Assembly (NCBI GenBank): GCA_965603725.1
Contig: CBFDEC010000004.1
Location: forward strand, 39,147 to 103,146
Direction: 5' to 3'
DNA from: an uncultured bacterium
Lineage (GTDB): Bacteria > Zixibacteria > MSB-5A5 > UBA10806 > 4484-95
DNA length: 64,000 bases
Made by a program: the position numbers and the translations under genes. This document shows positions 27,991 through 36,082 of this stretch, piece after piece. Position 1 is the stretch's first letter, and the number at the start of each line of letters is the position of its first letter. Under the pieces are notes generated by a model, which was not told where the DNA came from, did no database searches, and saw only the letters and a program-made list of their open reading frames with translations.

Positions 27991-28935
27991 ATGCGAATTA
28001 CTATTGCCGGAAACACGTCCGCAGCTTATTATTGTTTGGAAAAGCTGAGCCGATCGGGTTTTAATATAGCGGCAGTCGTTTTGCCGGAGAAAGGTCATAT
28101 CGAGTCAACAGATAATGCCGATTTCAGCGCTCTGGCCGGTGAATTCGATTTTCAGCAGATATTTCTACCGTTAAAAAAAGAATTCAAAGATGACAAACAC
28201 ACAGATTTATTGATAAAGATGGAATGGCCGGATAACCTGAATGTTCCGGTAAAACCGTCTCTTGCGACTCTAACCAGCAACCTTCAAGGGCAATTTTGCC
28301 AGGGACAACTTGTGGATATCGCCTCGGATATTTACCGAGGCATGTCGAAATTTGAAATCCAGTTGATAATAGAAAGCGGGTTGAAAAGCGGCAAGGGTAA
28401 GGTTGTCGATTTTTCAGAAGTAGAGATCAATATGTTTGACGACGTTCGTTCGGTGAAAGTAAAAGCAGTTGCCCGGTTTCTCCGGTTGTTGAACGGTCTG
28501 CTTCAAAAACTCAAGGAAAATGGCCGGATGCCGGAACCAATAAACAGACCGATAAATCTCAATAGGATTACTATTGAGAGAGCCATTGATTGGAATCTGA
28601 CAACCAGTAATATCCATAATCTTATAAGGTCATTAACTCATCATGGGACAGGAGTCCACACCTGGTATGATGGAAATAAAATCAACATCTGGCGCGGACA
28701 CTATTTTGATATGACCGGAAAAGAATATGATAACCTGAAGCCCGGTACTATTGTCGATGTGTTCGATGAGCTCGGTGTCGTGGTTAAAACGGTCGATGGG
28801 TTATTTCTTATCACTCGCATTCAGCCGGTTGGCGCGCCTGAGCTTCCCGCCTGGCTTTGGGCAGAGTCCTCACACGTGAAGCCCCATGATGAATTCGAAT
28901 ATTATGCTGAAAACCTTGAAATAACAAACGTATAA
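27991..28935 (+). CDS. Formyltransferase (Fmt/ArnA-FT)-like two-domain protein with a divergent catalytic motif
   Basis: Fmt-like N-terminus (MRITIAGNTSAAYYCLEKL…NIAAVVLPEK) and an Fmt C-terminal-like domain. Where HxSLLP is expected the sequence reads KPSLATLTSN. Confidence 0.45.
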   Translation: MRITIAGNTSAAYYCLEKLSRSGFNIAAVVLPEKGHIESTDNADFSALAGEFDFQQIFLPLKKEFKDDKHTDLLIKMEWPDNLNVPVKPSLATLTSNLQGQFCQGQLVDIASDIYRGMSKFEIQLIIESGLKSGKGKVVDFSEVEINMFDDVRSVKVKAVARFLRLLNGLLQKLKENGRMPEPINRPINLNRITIERAIDWNLTTSNIHNLIRSLTHHGTGVHTWYDGNKINIWRGHYFDMTGKEYDNLKPGTIVDVFDELGVVVKTVDGLFLITRIQPVGAPELPAWLWAESSHVKPHDEFEYYAENLEITNV

Positions 28936-28947
28936 CGGCGGCAAACA

Positions 28948-29151
28948 GTGAGAAAAGTAACAATCAAAAGACCTGTTAAGGTGAAAAGCATTGAGAGCCT
29001 CAAGAATTTTGATCAACTGCAGGAACGTCTGTTATGCCAGTTTGAAATACCCGGAGTAGGAAGGCTCCGAACCGGCGAAAGACATTCGGATTTCCATATA
29101 ACCGATTTCGGAAAATCTGCCAAGATCGAAAAAGATAAAGAAAAAGTATAG
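28948..29151 (+). CDS. Small hypothetical ORF (67 aa) in an otherwise empty 230-nt gap
   Basis: ORF only. No RBS or motif support. Confidence 0.2.
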   Translation: MRKVTIKRPVKVKSIESLKNFDQLQERLLCQFEIPGVGRLRTGERHSDFHITDFGKSAKIEKDKEKV

Positions 29152-29164
29152 AAAGAATTATTAC

Positions 29165-29701
29165 ATGTCAAAATGGAATACCCACGGTTCAGGGCTTGAT
29201 TTTAGAGATAAACTGGCCTCTCTTGGAAAGAATGTTGTCATCGAGGACGGCGTTCGAATATTTTATCCGGAAAATGTTGAAATCGGCGATGATGTTTATA
29301 TTGGTCATAATACGATCTTAAAGGGCTATGCAGATAAGCGTCTGAAAATTGGCAGCGGCGCCTGGATAGGACCGCAGTGTTTTATCTACGCCGCTGGTGA
29401 AATCACAATCGGTTCGGATGTTGGCATCGGCCCGGGAGTAACAATTATGTCATCGGCGCATGCAACAGATGATATTCCCGGCCCGATCCTTCACCGCTCC
29501 TTAGAATTTGCTCCGGTGTTTTTGGGGGATGGTTGTGATATCGGAGCCAACAGCGTTATCCTGATGGGGGTTCATATCGGAGAAAAAGCTCAGGTCGGCG
29601 CCGGAGCGGTAGTTACAAAAGATATCCCTGATGGCGCAATCGCTGTTGGTGTACCGGCGAAAATCGTGAATTACAAAGAATTGCAAAAAACCAGCGTATG
29701 A
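29165..29701 (+). CDS. Left-handed beta-helix (hexapeptide-repeat) sugar N-acetyltransferase
   Basis: Hexapeptide repeats (…IGHNTILKG…IGSGAWIGPQCFI…IGSDVGIGPGVTI…). Confidence 0.7.
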   Translation: MSKWNTHGSGLDFRDKLASLGKNVVIEDGVRIFYPENVEIGDDVYIGHNTILKGYADKRLKIGSGAWIGPQCFIYAAGEITIGSDVGIGPGVTIMSSAHATDDIPGPILHRSLEFAPVFLGDGCDIGANSVILMGVHIGEKAQVGAGAVVTKDIPDGAIAVGVPAKIVNYKELQKTSV

Positions 29702-29708
29702 AAATTAT

Positions 29709-30206
29709 ATGAGCAGAGCAAAATTTAGAATATCAACCGGCAATCTAATCGGTAAGCATGGTCATAAAAAGTTTATCAAGCTTGCCCATAACAGCCTCAA
29801 GGCGAAGAGATATGCGCTGGCCGCTGACAACTGCCGCCTGGCAGTAGATATTGCTCTTGCCCAGAATAATCTTAAACAAGCCGCGGCGGCCTATGAACTC
29901 TGGATTAGAGCATTGTTTGAACAGGGCGAATATCCTGAAATAAAAAAGATATGTTGTGAGGCCAGAAGCAAATTTGGCAATAGCCTTGATCTCCTTTATT
30001 ACGAGTTTAAAGCGGCTATAAGCTCTAAGGATAAAAAAAGCGCCGCCGGGCTGGCTAAAGAATTTATAGAATTGCATAGTAATATTAAGGAAAACCGCTC
30101 TTCCTTTTTTAGTAAGACGTTTGATAAATTAGATGAAGTAAAAGACCTTATAACAGAAATTGAAAATGCTCAATCTGATGAACGGGATAATGCAAAAACG
30201 GAGTAA
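29709..30206 (+). CDS. Hypothetical helical protein
   Basis: Open frame and operon context. No domain recognised. Confidence 0.35.
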   Translation: MSRAKFRISTGNLIGKHGHKKFIKLAHNSLKAKRYALAADNCRLAVDIALAQNNLKQAAAAYELWIRALFEQGEYPEIKKICCEARSKFGNSLDLLYYEFKAAISSKDKKSAAGLAKEFIELHSNIKENRSSFFSKTFDKLDEVKDLITEIENAQSDERDNAKTE

Positions 30207-30210
30207 TATA

Positions 30211-33021
30211 ATGGCAAAAAGGAAACTAAAAATAAAAAAGAATGTTGAAATAAACAATCCGATGAAATTGTATGAAAATGCCGCCAAACATTTCAATAAA
30301 GGAAACTTCCGCAAAACGATATTGTATTGCCAGAAAGCCGCTGGTCAAAATGATATAAATACAGATGAAAGGTTTGCCGCTTCAATTTATTTTACCTGGG
30401 TATTAGCTCTGACGAAACTTAATGATTATGAGTCTGTTAAGGATGTAATCAGTAAAGCTGAACGGCAAATTGGCGCTTATCTCGATTTGATATTTATGAA
30501 AATTATGTCAGCCAAAGGTGTTAATGATATAGAAAACACCTTAATGCATGTCGATGAATATGACGGTCTTCATAAGAAAACCGATCCTGAATTGGACAGC
30601 TATTTAAAGCAAAGCTATAGTTCTATTGCGGATGTATTATGGACAGGCGCTGAAGCGGCTTCAAAGCTGTCGGACTTTGACAAAGCTCTTGATTACATGG
30701 AACGTTCACTGACATTGAACCCGAACAAGCACCAGAATCGAGTAAAGTTTGCTGATTTCCTTCTTGAACAAGGCAAAAGTGAAAAAGCAATCGCTTTAAT
30801 CGAAGAAAGCATCAATAAATATCCCGATTTTATGGCTTACAAAAATTATAGGGGTTTGATACTGGCAAAACTGGAGAGGTTCAAAGAAGCAGAATACTAT
30901 TTTGAAGGACTACTGGAAAGATACCCGAACGATACAGATGCTATAAATAATCTGGGAGTGGTCTACGATAAACAGGGGAAATATGATCTGGCAAAAAAAT
31001 ATTTTGAAAGGGCTCTAAATATCGATTCAGGCAATCAGCGGGCCAGGGAAAATCTTGATTATATTAATAAATTAATCACCGAGGAGCCTCAGACTATTTC
31101 AGCCTGTATGATTGTTAAGAATGAAGAAAAGCTTTTGCCGGGCTGTCTGGACAGCATTAAGGGCTTAGTCGATGAGATAATCATTGTCGATACGGGTTCC
31201 ACCGATCGCACGATGGAGATCGCCCGTGAGTATGGCGCCAAAATCTATGAACACGCATGGCAGAATGATTTTTCACTTCACCGGAACCAGTCGATGGGCT
31301 ATGCCGCCAGCGACTGGATATTGATTATTGACGCCGATGAGGAATTCGACCCAACAGAGCATGAAAAAATTAGAATGCTTGTAAAACGTAAAAATGTTAA
31401 CGGTTTTTCATTTTTAGTTTACAACAAAATAAATTACGATCGCACCGGCAGCCTGCAGTCGATAAGGATTTTTCAAAATAACAAAGGTTACAAGTATGAC
31501 GGCATAGTGCATAACCAGCTAAGAATCACCGGGAAGGTTATAGAAACCGACCTGAAAGTTATTCATCACGGGTATGCGCTGTCTGATGAGGACATGCGTA
31601 AAAAAGCAAAGCGTTCCGAAGCGCTTTTATTAAAACAGATTGAGGAAGACCCTGATTATCTGTTTGCTCATTTTAACCTGGCTCAGCTTTACCGCGGCGA
31701 GGCCGATTTCAAGAAGTGCTTAGAGTATAGTAAAACTGTAGTGGAAAACTCGAGTTTTGATACAAAAGGCAACCGGCATTTGCATTTAATGGCTTTAGAT
31801 CAGATGGGGTGCGCTTATTTTGGTATTGATGAATTCAAGAAGGCAATTGAAACTTTCGAACATGCGTTAGAACTTAAGAGCGATTTTCTTGATCCCCTGT
31901 TTAATCTTGGTTTGTCTTACTTTAAACTGGGAAAATACGATGATGCCGAGAAATATTTTCAGCAGTATTTAGGGGTAAAAACAAATTATTCGCCTCATAA
32001 TGATGATGTAAAATTAATGTTAAACAATTTATCAAGCGAACATATCGCATATTATATGTTGGGTTTCGCTTATTTCATTAAAGAGGATTATGATGCCGCA
32101 TTAGAAAAACTTAACAGAGCCCTTGATTATGTGGATGATGTCAAAGATGTCCATAGTTTATTAGCCAGATGTTATCGCGTTAAAGGAAATTACCCGATGG
32201 TTATAAAGCATTGCGAAAAGGCTGTTAAATATAACCATGAAGATGCGGAAGTCAGATTCCTGGAAGGGGAAGCCCATCTGAGAGAGGGTAATTCTCAAAA
32301 AGCGCTCGAATGTTTTAACCGGGCTTTGGAACTTAACCCTGATTTACAGGAAGCTAAAGTTGGAATAATTAATATTGAAACATTAAATAAAAGTCCTCAT
32401 GAAGTTCTTGAGGTTATTGATCAATACCTTGAAAAGTCGCCTATGTCGCCGAAATTTCTGGCCTCAAAGGGCAACCTGTTATTCGATCTTGGCCAGTTTA
32501 GTATTGCCAAACAGAGTTATATCAGATCGCAGGAACATGATCCCGACGATTACAGGGTGTTAAATAATCTTGGCAATTGTTTTCTCAAAGAAAAGAATTA
32601 CGCCTCGGCAATTGATTGTTATGAAACGGCAATTCAGAAAAACATAGAATTCCATGAGGCTTATAGAAATATAGGAGTAGCGTTAATCAAACAAAACAGG
32701 GTTGTGGATGCCATTGAATATTTTGAACGATATCTTAAAAGGCAGCCTGATGATGTCGAAGTAAGGGCTACAACCGGTGACCTCTATTACAGCAATAAAA
32801 AATATAATCAGGCCATTTCCCATTACGAACATTACTTCAAGAAGTATCCCGATAACATGGATGCCTTGATTCGACTCAGTGATTGTTACATGAATCTCGG
32901 CAAATTACAGGCGGCTGTTTTGGGCTACCGGGCGGTACTTTCCAGGGATAGCTCAAATAAAATTGCCCGGCAAAGACTCGAAGAATTGAACGAATTTTTG
33001 CAACCTGTTGAAATGCAATAA
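30211..33021 (+). CDS. TPR–GT2–TPR multidomain glycosyltransferase. The ORF track starts it at 30160; the ATG at 30211 follows the upstream stop.
   Basis: Central GT-A/GT2 domain (…ISACMIVKNEEKLLPGCLDSIKGLVDEIIIVDTGSTDRT…ILIIDADEEF…) with a DxD motif. Both flanks are many TPR repeats. Confidence 0.65.
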   Translation: MAKRKLKIKKNVEINNPMKLYENAAKHFNKGNFRKTILYCQKAAGQNDINTDERFAASIYFTWVLALTKLNDYESVKDVISKAERQIGAYLDLIFMKIMSAKGVNDIENTLMHVDEYDGLHKKTDPELDSYLKQSYSSIADVLWTGAEAASKLSDFDKALDYMERSLTLNPNKHQNRVKFADFLLEQGKSEKAIALIEESINKYPDFMAYKNYRGLILAKLERFKEAEYYFEGLLERYPNDTDAINNLGVVYDKQGKYDLAKKYFERALNIDSGNQRARENLDYINKLITEEPQTISACMIVKNEEKLLPGCLDSIKGLVDEIIIVDTGSTDRTMEIAREYGAKIYEHAWQNDFSLHRNQSMGYAASDWILIIDADEEFDPTEHEKIRMLVKRKNVNGFSFLVYNKINYDRTGSLQSIRIFQNNKGYKYDGIVHNQLRITGKVIETDLKVIHHGYALSDEDMRKKAKRSEALLLKQIEEDPDYLFAHFNLAQLYRGEADFKKCLEYSKTVVENSSFDTKGNRHLHLMALDQMGCAYFGIDEFKKAIETFEHALELKSDFLDPLFNLGLSYFKLGKYDDAEKYFQQYLGVKTNYSPHNDDVKLMLNNLSSEHIAYYMLGFAYFIKEDYDAALEKLNRALDYVDDVKDVHSLLARCYRVKGNYPMVIKHCEKAVKYNHEDAEVRFLEGEAHLREGNSQKALECFNRALELNPDLQEAKVGIINIETLNKSPHEVLEVIDQYLEKSPMSPKFLASKGNLLFDLGQFSIAKQSYIRSQEHDPDDYRVLNNLGNCFLKEKNYASAIDCYETAIQKNIEFHEAYRNIGVALIKQNRVVDAIEYFERYLKRQPDDVEVRATTGDLYYSNKKYNQAISHYEHYFKKYPDNMDALIRLSDCYMNLGKLQAAVLGYRAVLSRDSSNKIARQRLEELNEFLQPVEMQ

Positions 33022-33122
33022 GATAGTATCGTTCGCCTGCAACGTTTCAGGGCTAATATTTTTTCCGCATCTGTCGAAACAAGTATAGAGAAAACTTCAT
33101 AAGTACTTAACCGAAGTTCATA

Positions 33123-33149
33123 TAAAAAAGGAGGTGTCAACACGATAAA
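33123..33149 (+). promoter_or_regulatory. Weak candidate sigma-28 promoter (TAAA-N15-aCGATAAA) upstream of the flagellin gene.
   Basis: Partial match to TAAA-N15-GCCGATAA, about 85 nt upstream of fliC. Confidence 0.25.
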
Positions 33150-33187
33150 CCTTTTGCTGTAGTATAAACAGCTTAATCAATTAACTG

Positions 33188-33224
33188 CAGACAACGGATG
33201 TCTGCGAGCTTAATTCAAGGAGGA
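33188..33224 (+). promoter_or_regulatory. Two CsrA-binding sites in the flagellin 5'UTR. One is a hairpin with GGA in its loop (33188-33204). The second is a GGA overlapping the SD (33217-33223).
   Basis: CAGACA-ACGGA-TGTCTG is a perfect 6-bp stem presenting ACGGAUGU, matching the SELEX consensus RUACARGGAUGU. The second site is ucAAGGAGGAau over the SD. csrA and fliW are in the same locus. Confidence 0.6.
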
Positions 33225-33231
33225 ATCTTAA

Positions 33232-35547
33232 ATGGCATTAAGAGTCAACCACAACATTGTCGCATTGGACGCCTGGCGTAACCTGACAGCCACTACCCGT
33301 AAAATGGGCTCCACAATGGAGAAGCTGTCATCCGGTTTCAGGATTAACCGGGCTTCCGATGATCCTGCGGGTCTGGTGATTTCAGAACAGTTCAGGGCGC
33401 AGATTGCCGGTCTGAACCGTGCGGTCCAGAACTCAGAAGGGTCGATCAACATGATCCAGACCGCTGAGGGCGCTTTAAATGAAATCAACAACCTGCTGAT
33501 CTCCATGCGTGAACTGGCTATTCACGCGGCCAACGAGGGTTTCAACGACACTAATCAGTTGGAAGCCGACCAGGCTGAAATTAGCAACGCCATCGCAACC
33601 ATCACCCGTATCGGTCAGAATACCCAGTTTGGCACTAAGAGACTGCTTGACGGTTCAGTTTCAAACACGACTGGTATTACAACCGGCAACTCTTCTCAGG
33701 TGATACTGACAGGTTCACAGCTTACTGAAGGTGTTCACAATCTTACGGCCAGCATGTTAACCGATTCGACTGCTACAATCGATAATGAAATTTACGGCTT
33801 GTCGAATGAGCAGAATCCGTACAACCTGACTGAGGGCGTGCATAATATCGATGTCGTCCAGGCTTCTTCAAACGCAAGCAAGACAGGTTCGGCTGTCGAT
33901 ATGCGTGATCATTGGGGCAACGGTTTAACGATGCATACCGGCACTCTCGCAGACTGGGTCAATGCCAGGCTGTTTGCTTCAACTGATATGGCTGTTGTAA
34001 CGACTGACGTTGGCGGTACGATCACCTTCCAGATCGATTTTCAGGAACAGGGTAAAAGCCATGTTGGTATGCAGACTTTAAACTTCCGTATCGACGACTG
34101 GGGCGGTGAGGATGATGTTATGAATAACATTGCCAATGCCCTGAACAATGCTATCGCCGCTAACGATTACCTGGCCGGTAAAGTTGTTGCTACAGTTGAA
34201 GATGGCGCGCCTGCTTCCGGCCTTGACACTCTTGCTTTAAGAGCCACCAATGCCGGCGCCGGTTTTTCGATTGCTGTTGGCGATATTTCAGTCGAGAGCG
34301 CTGATGACGCCGCCGGCACTTTGGAAGCTGAATTGCTTAACCCCACAGGTGGGGGTCAGTTGGCTAACAACAGCGCCCGTGGCGTTTCCGACGGTATATT
34401 TGATTTTTCTGTTACTTACGGAAGTACCGCTGATATAGAAACAACGACTGCAGCTGTCGATATTGCCGAAGATCTTACAGCCGCCGCCATTACATTCAAC
34501 ACGATGTCGGAGATGGTTACCGCTTTGAACGCTTCGCTTGGGCTTGATATTGCCACCGGCGGTTTCGGCTTTTTTGATCCAACCGTCTTCACCGGCCAGC
34601 AGAGACTGCAGGCTACGGTTATGACGGCCGGCGGTCAGGATATGCTCAAGTTCTATGGTCTCGATGAAGGCTCCAGGTTCTCGATAAAGCTCAATTCAGT
34701 TGCCTCAGCCCAGAATGTCAAGGCTTATGACGCTGTGGGATTGACTGTAGATCAAACTTCCAATAACGGTCTGGACGCTATCGTTCGTTTCGATGGGAAT
34801 ATCAATTATGTTGATGATGTACGCTTCCACCAGTACGCCACCTATGACAATACTATAACATTGTACACCTCGGAAGATACTTTAAGCAGAGGCGCAATAA
34901 CCCTGGATATAGCCCAGGCGTACGAAGGAGGCATTGATCTTGGCAATATGCTTCTGAGTGTGAAAGCCAGGACCTACGCTGTACAGCTTGACGGCGGCTT
35001 AGCGACCACAGTTTCTGCCGGCAGGGCAACGACGATATTCAATTCGGATCGCTCGGAGTCCATCATGGTCAACTATGGCCTGACATCAAGTGGCGGTACC
35101 GAAACGCTTCAGACTGTCGACAGGTCGCTCGTATTCCAGATCGGCGCCAATGTTGGCCAAACGGTCAGTATCGGTATCGATGACATGTCGGCAAATAAAC
35201 TTGGCATGAACTTAACCAACAGCATGTGGTCTAACCTCGCAGAGGTCAGCGTGATGACCTCTCAGGGCGCCCAGGATACACAGAAGGTAATTGATCAAGC
35301 CATTACCGATGTGGTAAATATCAGAGGCGCACTCGGTTCCTTCCAGAAGAACACTCTGGAATCGAACCTGACCAACCTCCGTATTGCGGCTCAGAACCTG
35401 ACTGCTTCGGAAGCCTCGATTCGTGACACCGACATGGCCAAAACAATGTCCGAATTCGTCAAACACCAGATTCTGATGCAGGCCGGCACTGCAATGCTTG
35501 CGCAGGGTAACCAGGCACCGCAGGTTGTATTGTCGCTATTTGCTTAA
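33232..35547 (+). CDS. fliC: Flagellin FliC. It is giant, at 771 aa.
   Basis: Conserved N-terminus (…LSSGFRINRASDDPAGLVISEQFRAQIAGLNRAVQNSEGSINMIQTAEGAL…) and C-terminus (…LAQGNQAPQVVLSLFA). It has a very large central variable region rich in Thr/Ser/Gly/Asn. Confidence 0.9.
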   Translation: MALRVNHNIVALDAWRNLTATTRKMGSTMEKLSSGFRINRASDDPAGLVISEQFRAQIAGLNRAVQNSEGSINMIQTAEGALNEINNLLISMRELAIHAANEGFNDTNQLEADQAEISNAIATITRIGQNTQFGTKRLLDGSVSNTTGITTGNSSQVILTGSQLTEGVHNLTASMLTDSTATIDNEIYGLSNEQNPYNLTEGVHNIDVVQASSNASKTGSAVDMRDHWGNGLTMHTGTLADWVNARLFASTDMAVVTTDVGGTITFQIDFQEQGKSHVGMQTLNFRIDDWGGEDDVMNNIANALNNAIAANDYLAGKVVATVEDGAPASGLDTLALRATNAGAGFSIAVGDISVESADDAAGTLEAELLNPTGGGQLANNSARGVSDGIFDFSVTYGSTADIETTTAAVDIAEDLTAAAITFNTMSEMVTALNASLGLDIATGGFGFFDPTVFTGQQRLQATVMTAGGQDMLKFYGLDEGSRFSIKLNSVASAQNVKAYDAVGLTVDQTSNNGLDAIVRFDGNINYVDDVRFHQYATYDNTITLYTSEDTLSRGAITLDIAQAYEGGIDLGNMLLSVKARTYAVQLDGGLATTVSAGRATTIFNSDRSESIMVNYGLTSSGGTETLQTVDRSLVFQIGANVGQTVSIGIDDMSANKLGMNLTNSMWSNLAEVSVMTSQGAQDTQKVIDQAITDVVNIRGALGSFQKNTLESNLTNLRIAAQNLTASEASIRDTDMAKTMSEFVKHQILMQAGTAMLAQGNQAPQVVLSLFA

Positions 35548-35602
35548 ACTAACGTTTGGGGAGGGTGATATAACGCCCTCTCCAATTTAAGGGGGTATTT
35601 TT

Positions 35603-35992
35603 ATGAATACCGAAATAACTACCCAAATAGTCTCGGAAGGGGCTGCTGTCAATACAGCCCGGTCTTTGGGTGGAGCTAAGCTAAAAACCCCTGTCCGGAA
35701 AGACGATATACAATCTGTAAATGGTAATGAGAGTCCACAACAAAAGCTGCCTGAAGATCCTGAAAAGGTTAAGGCTTTAGTTGAAGATGTCGTTGACAAT
35801 TTCGAAAAGTTTGTAAAAAATATCCAGGTTGATTTGAGGTATGAGGTTGATGATAAAACCAATGATATTATCATCAGAATTTTCGAAAAAGACACCGATA
35901 AGCTAATAAAGCAGATTCCTGCGGAGGCTATTTTAAAATTGAAGCAGAGGATAAATGATCTTTTAGGGATCATTTATGACGAAACGTTTTAA
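35603..35992 (+). CDS. flaG: FlaG-family protein
   Basis: C-terminus …DLRYEVDDKTNDIIIRIFEKDTDKLIKQIPAEAILKLKQRINDLLG… matches FlaG. Confidence 0.75.
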   Translation: MNTEITTQIVSEGAAVNTARSLGGAKLKTPVRKDDIQSVNGNESPQQKLPEDPEKVKALVEDVVDNFEKFVKNIQVDLRYEVDDKTNDIIIRIFEKDTDKLIKQIPAEAILKLKQRINDLLGIIYDETF

Positions 35993-35998
35993 AAAGTA

Positions 35999-36020
35999 GG
36001 GGAGTCCTTCGGGACTCCCC
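35999..36020 (+). terminator. Stable stem-loop with a UUCG tetraloop (9-bp GC-rich stem) after flaG. There is no U-tract.
   Basis: GGGGAGTCC-TTCG-GGACTCCCC. A second hairpin, AGGGAG-N8-CTCCCT followed by CATTTTAAA, lies at 36042-36061. Confidence 0.4.
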
Positions 36021-36082
36021 CTGTAGTTGACTAATGGTAAAAGGGAGTATTATCGCTCCCTCATTTTAAAGGATTTTTAAAA

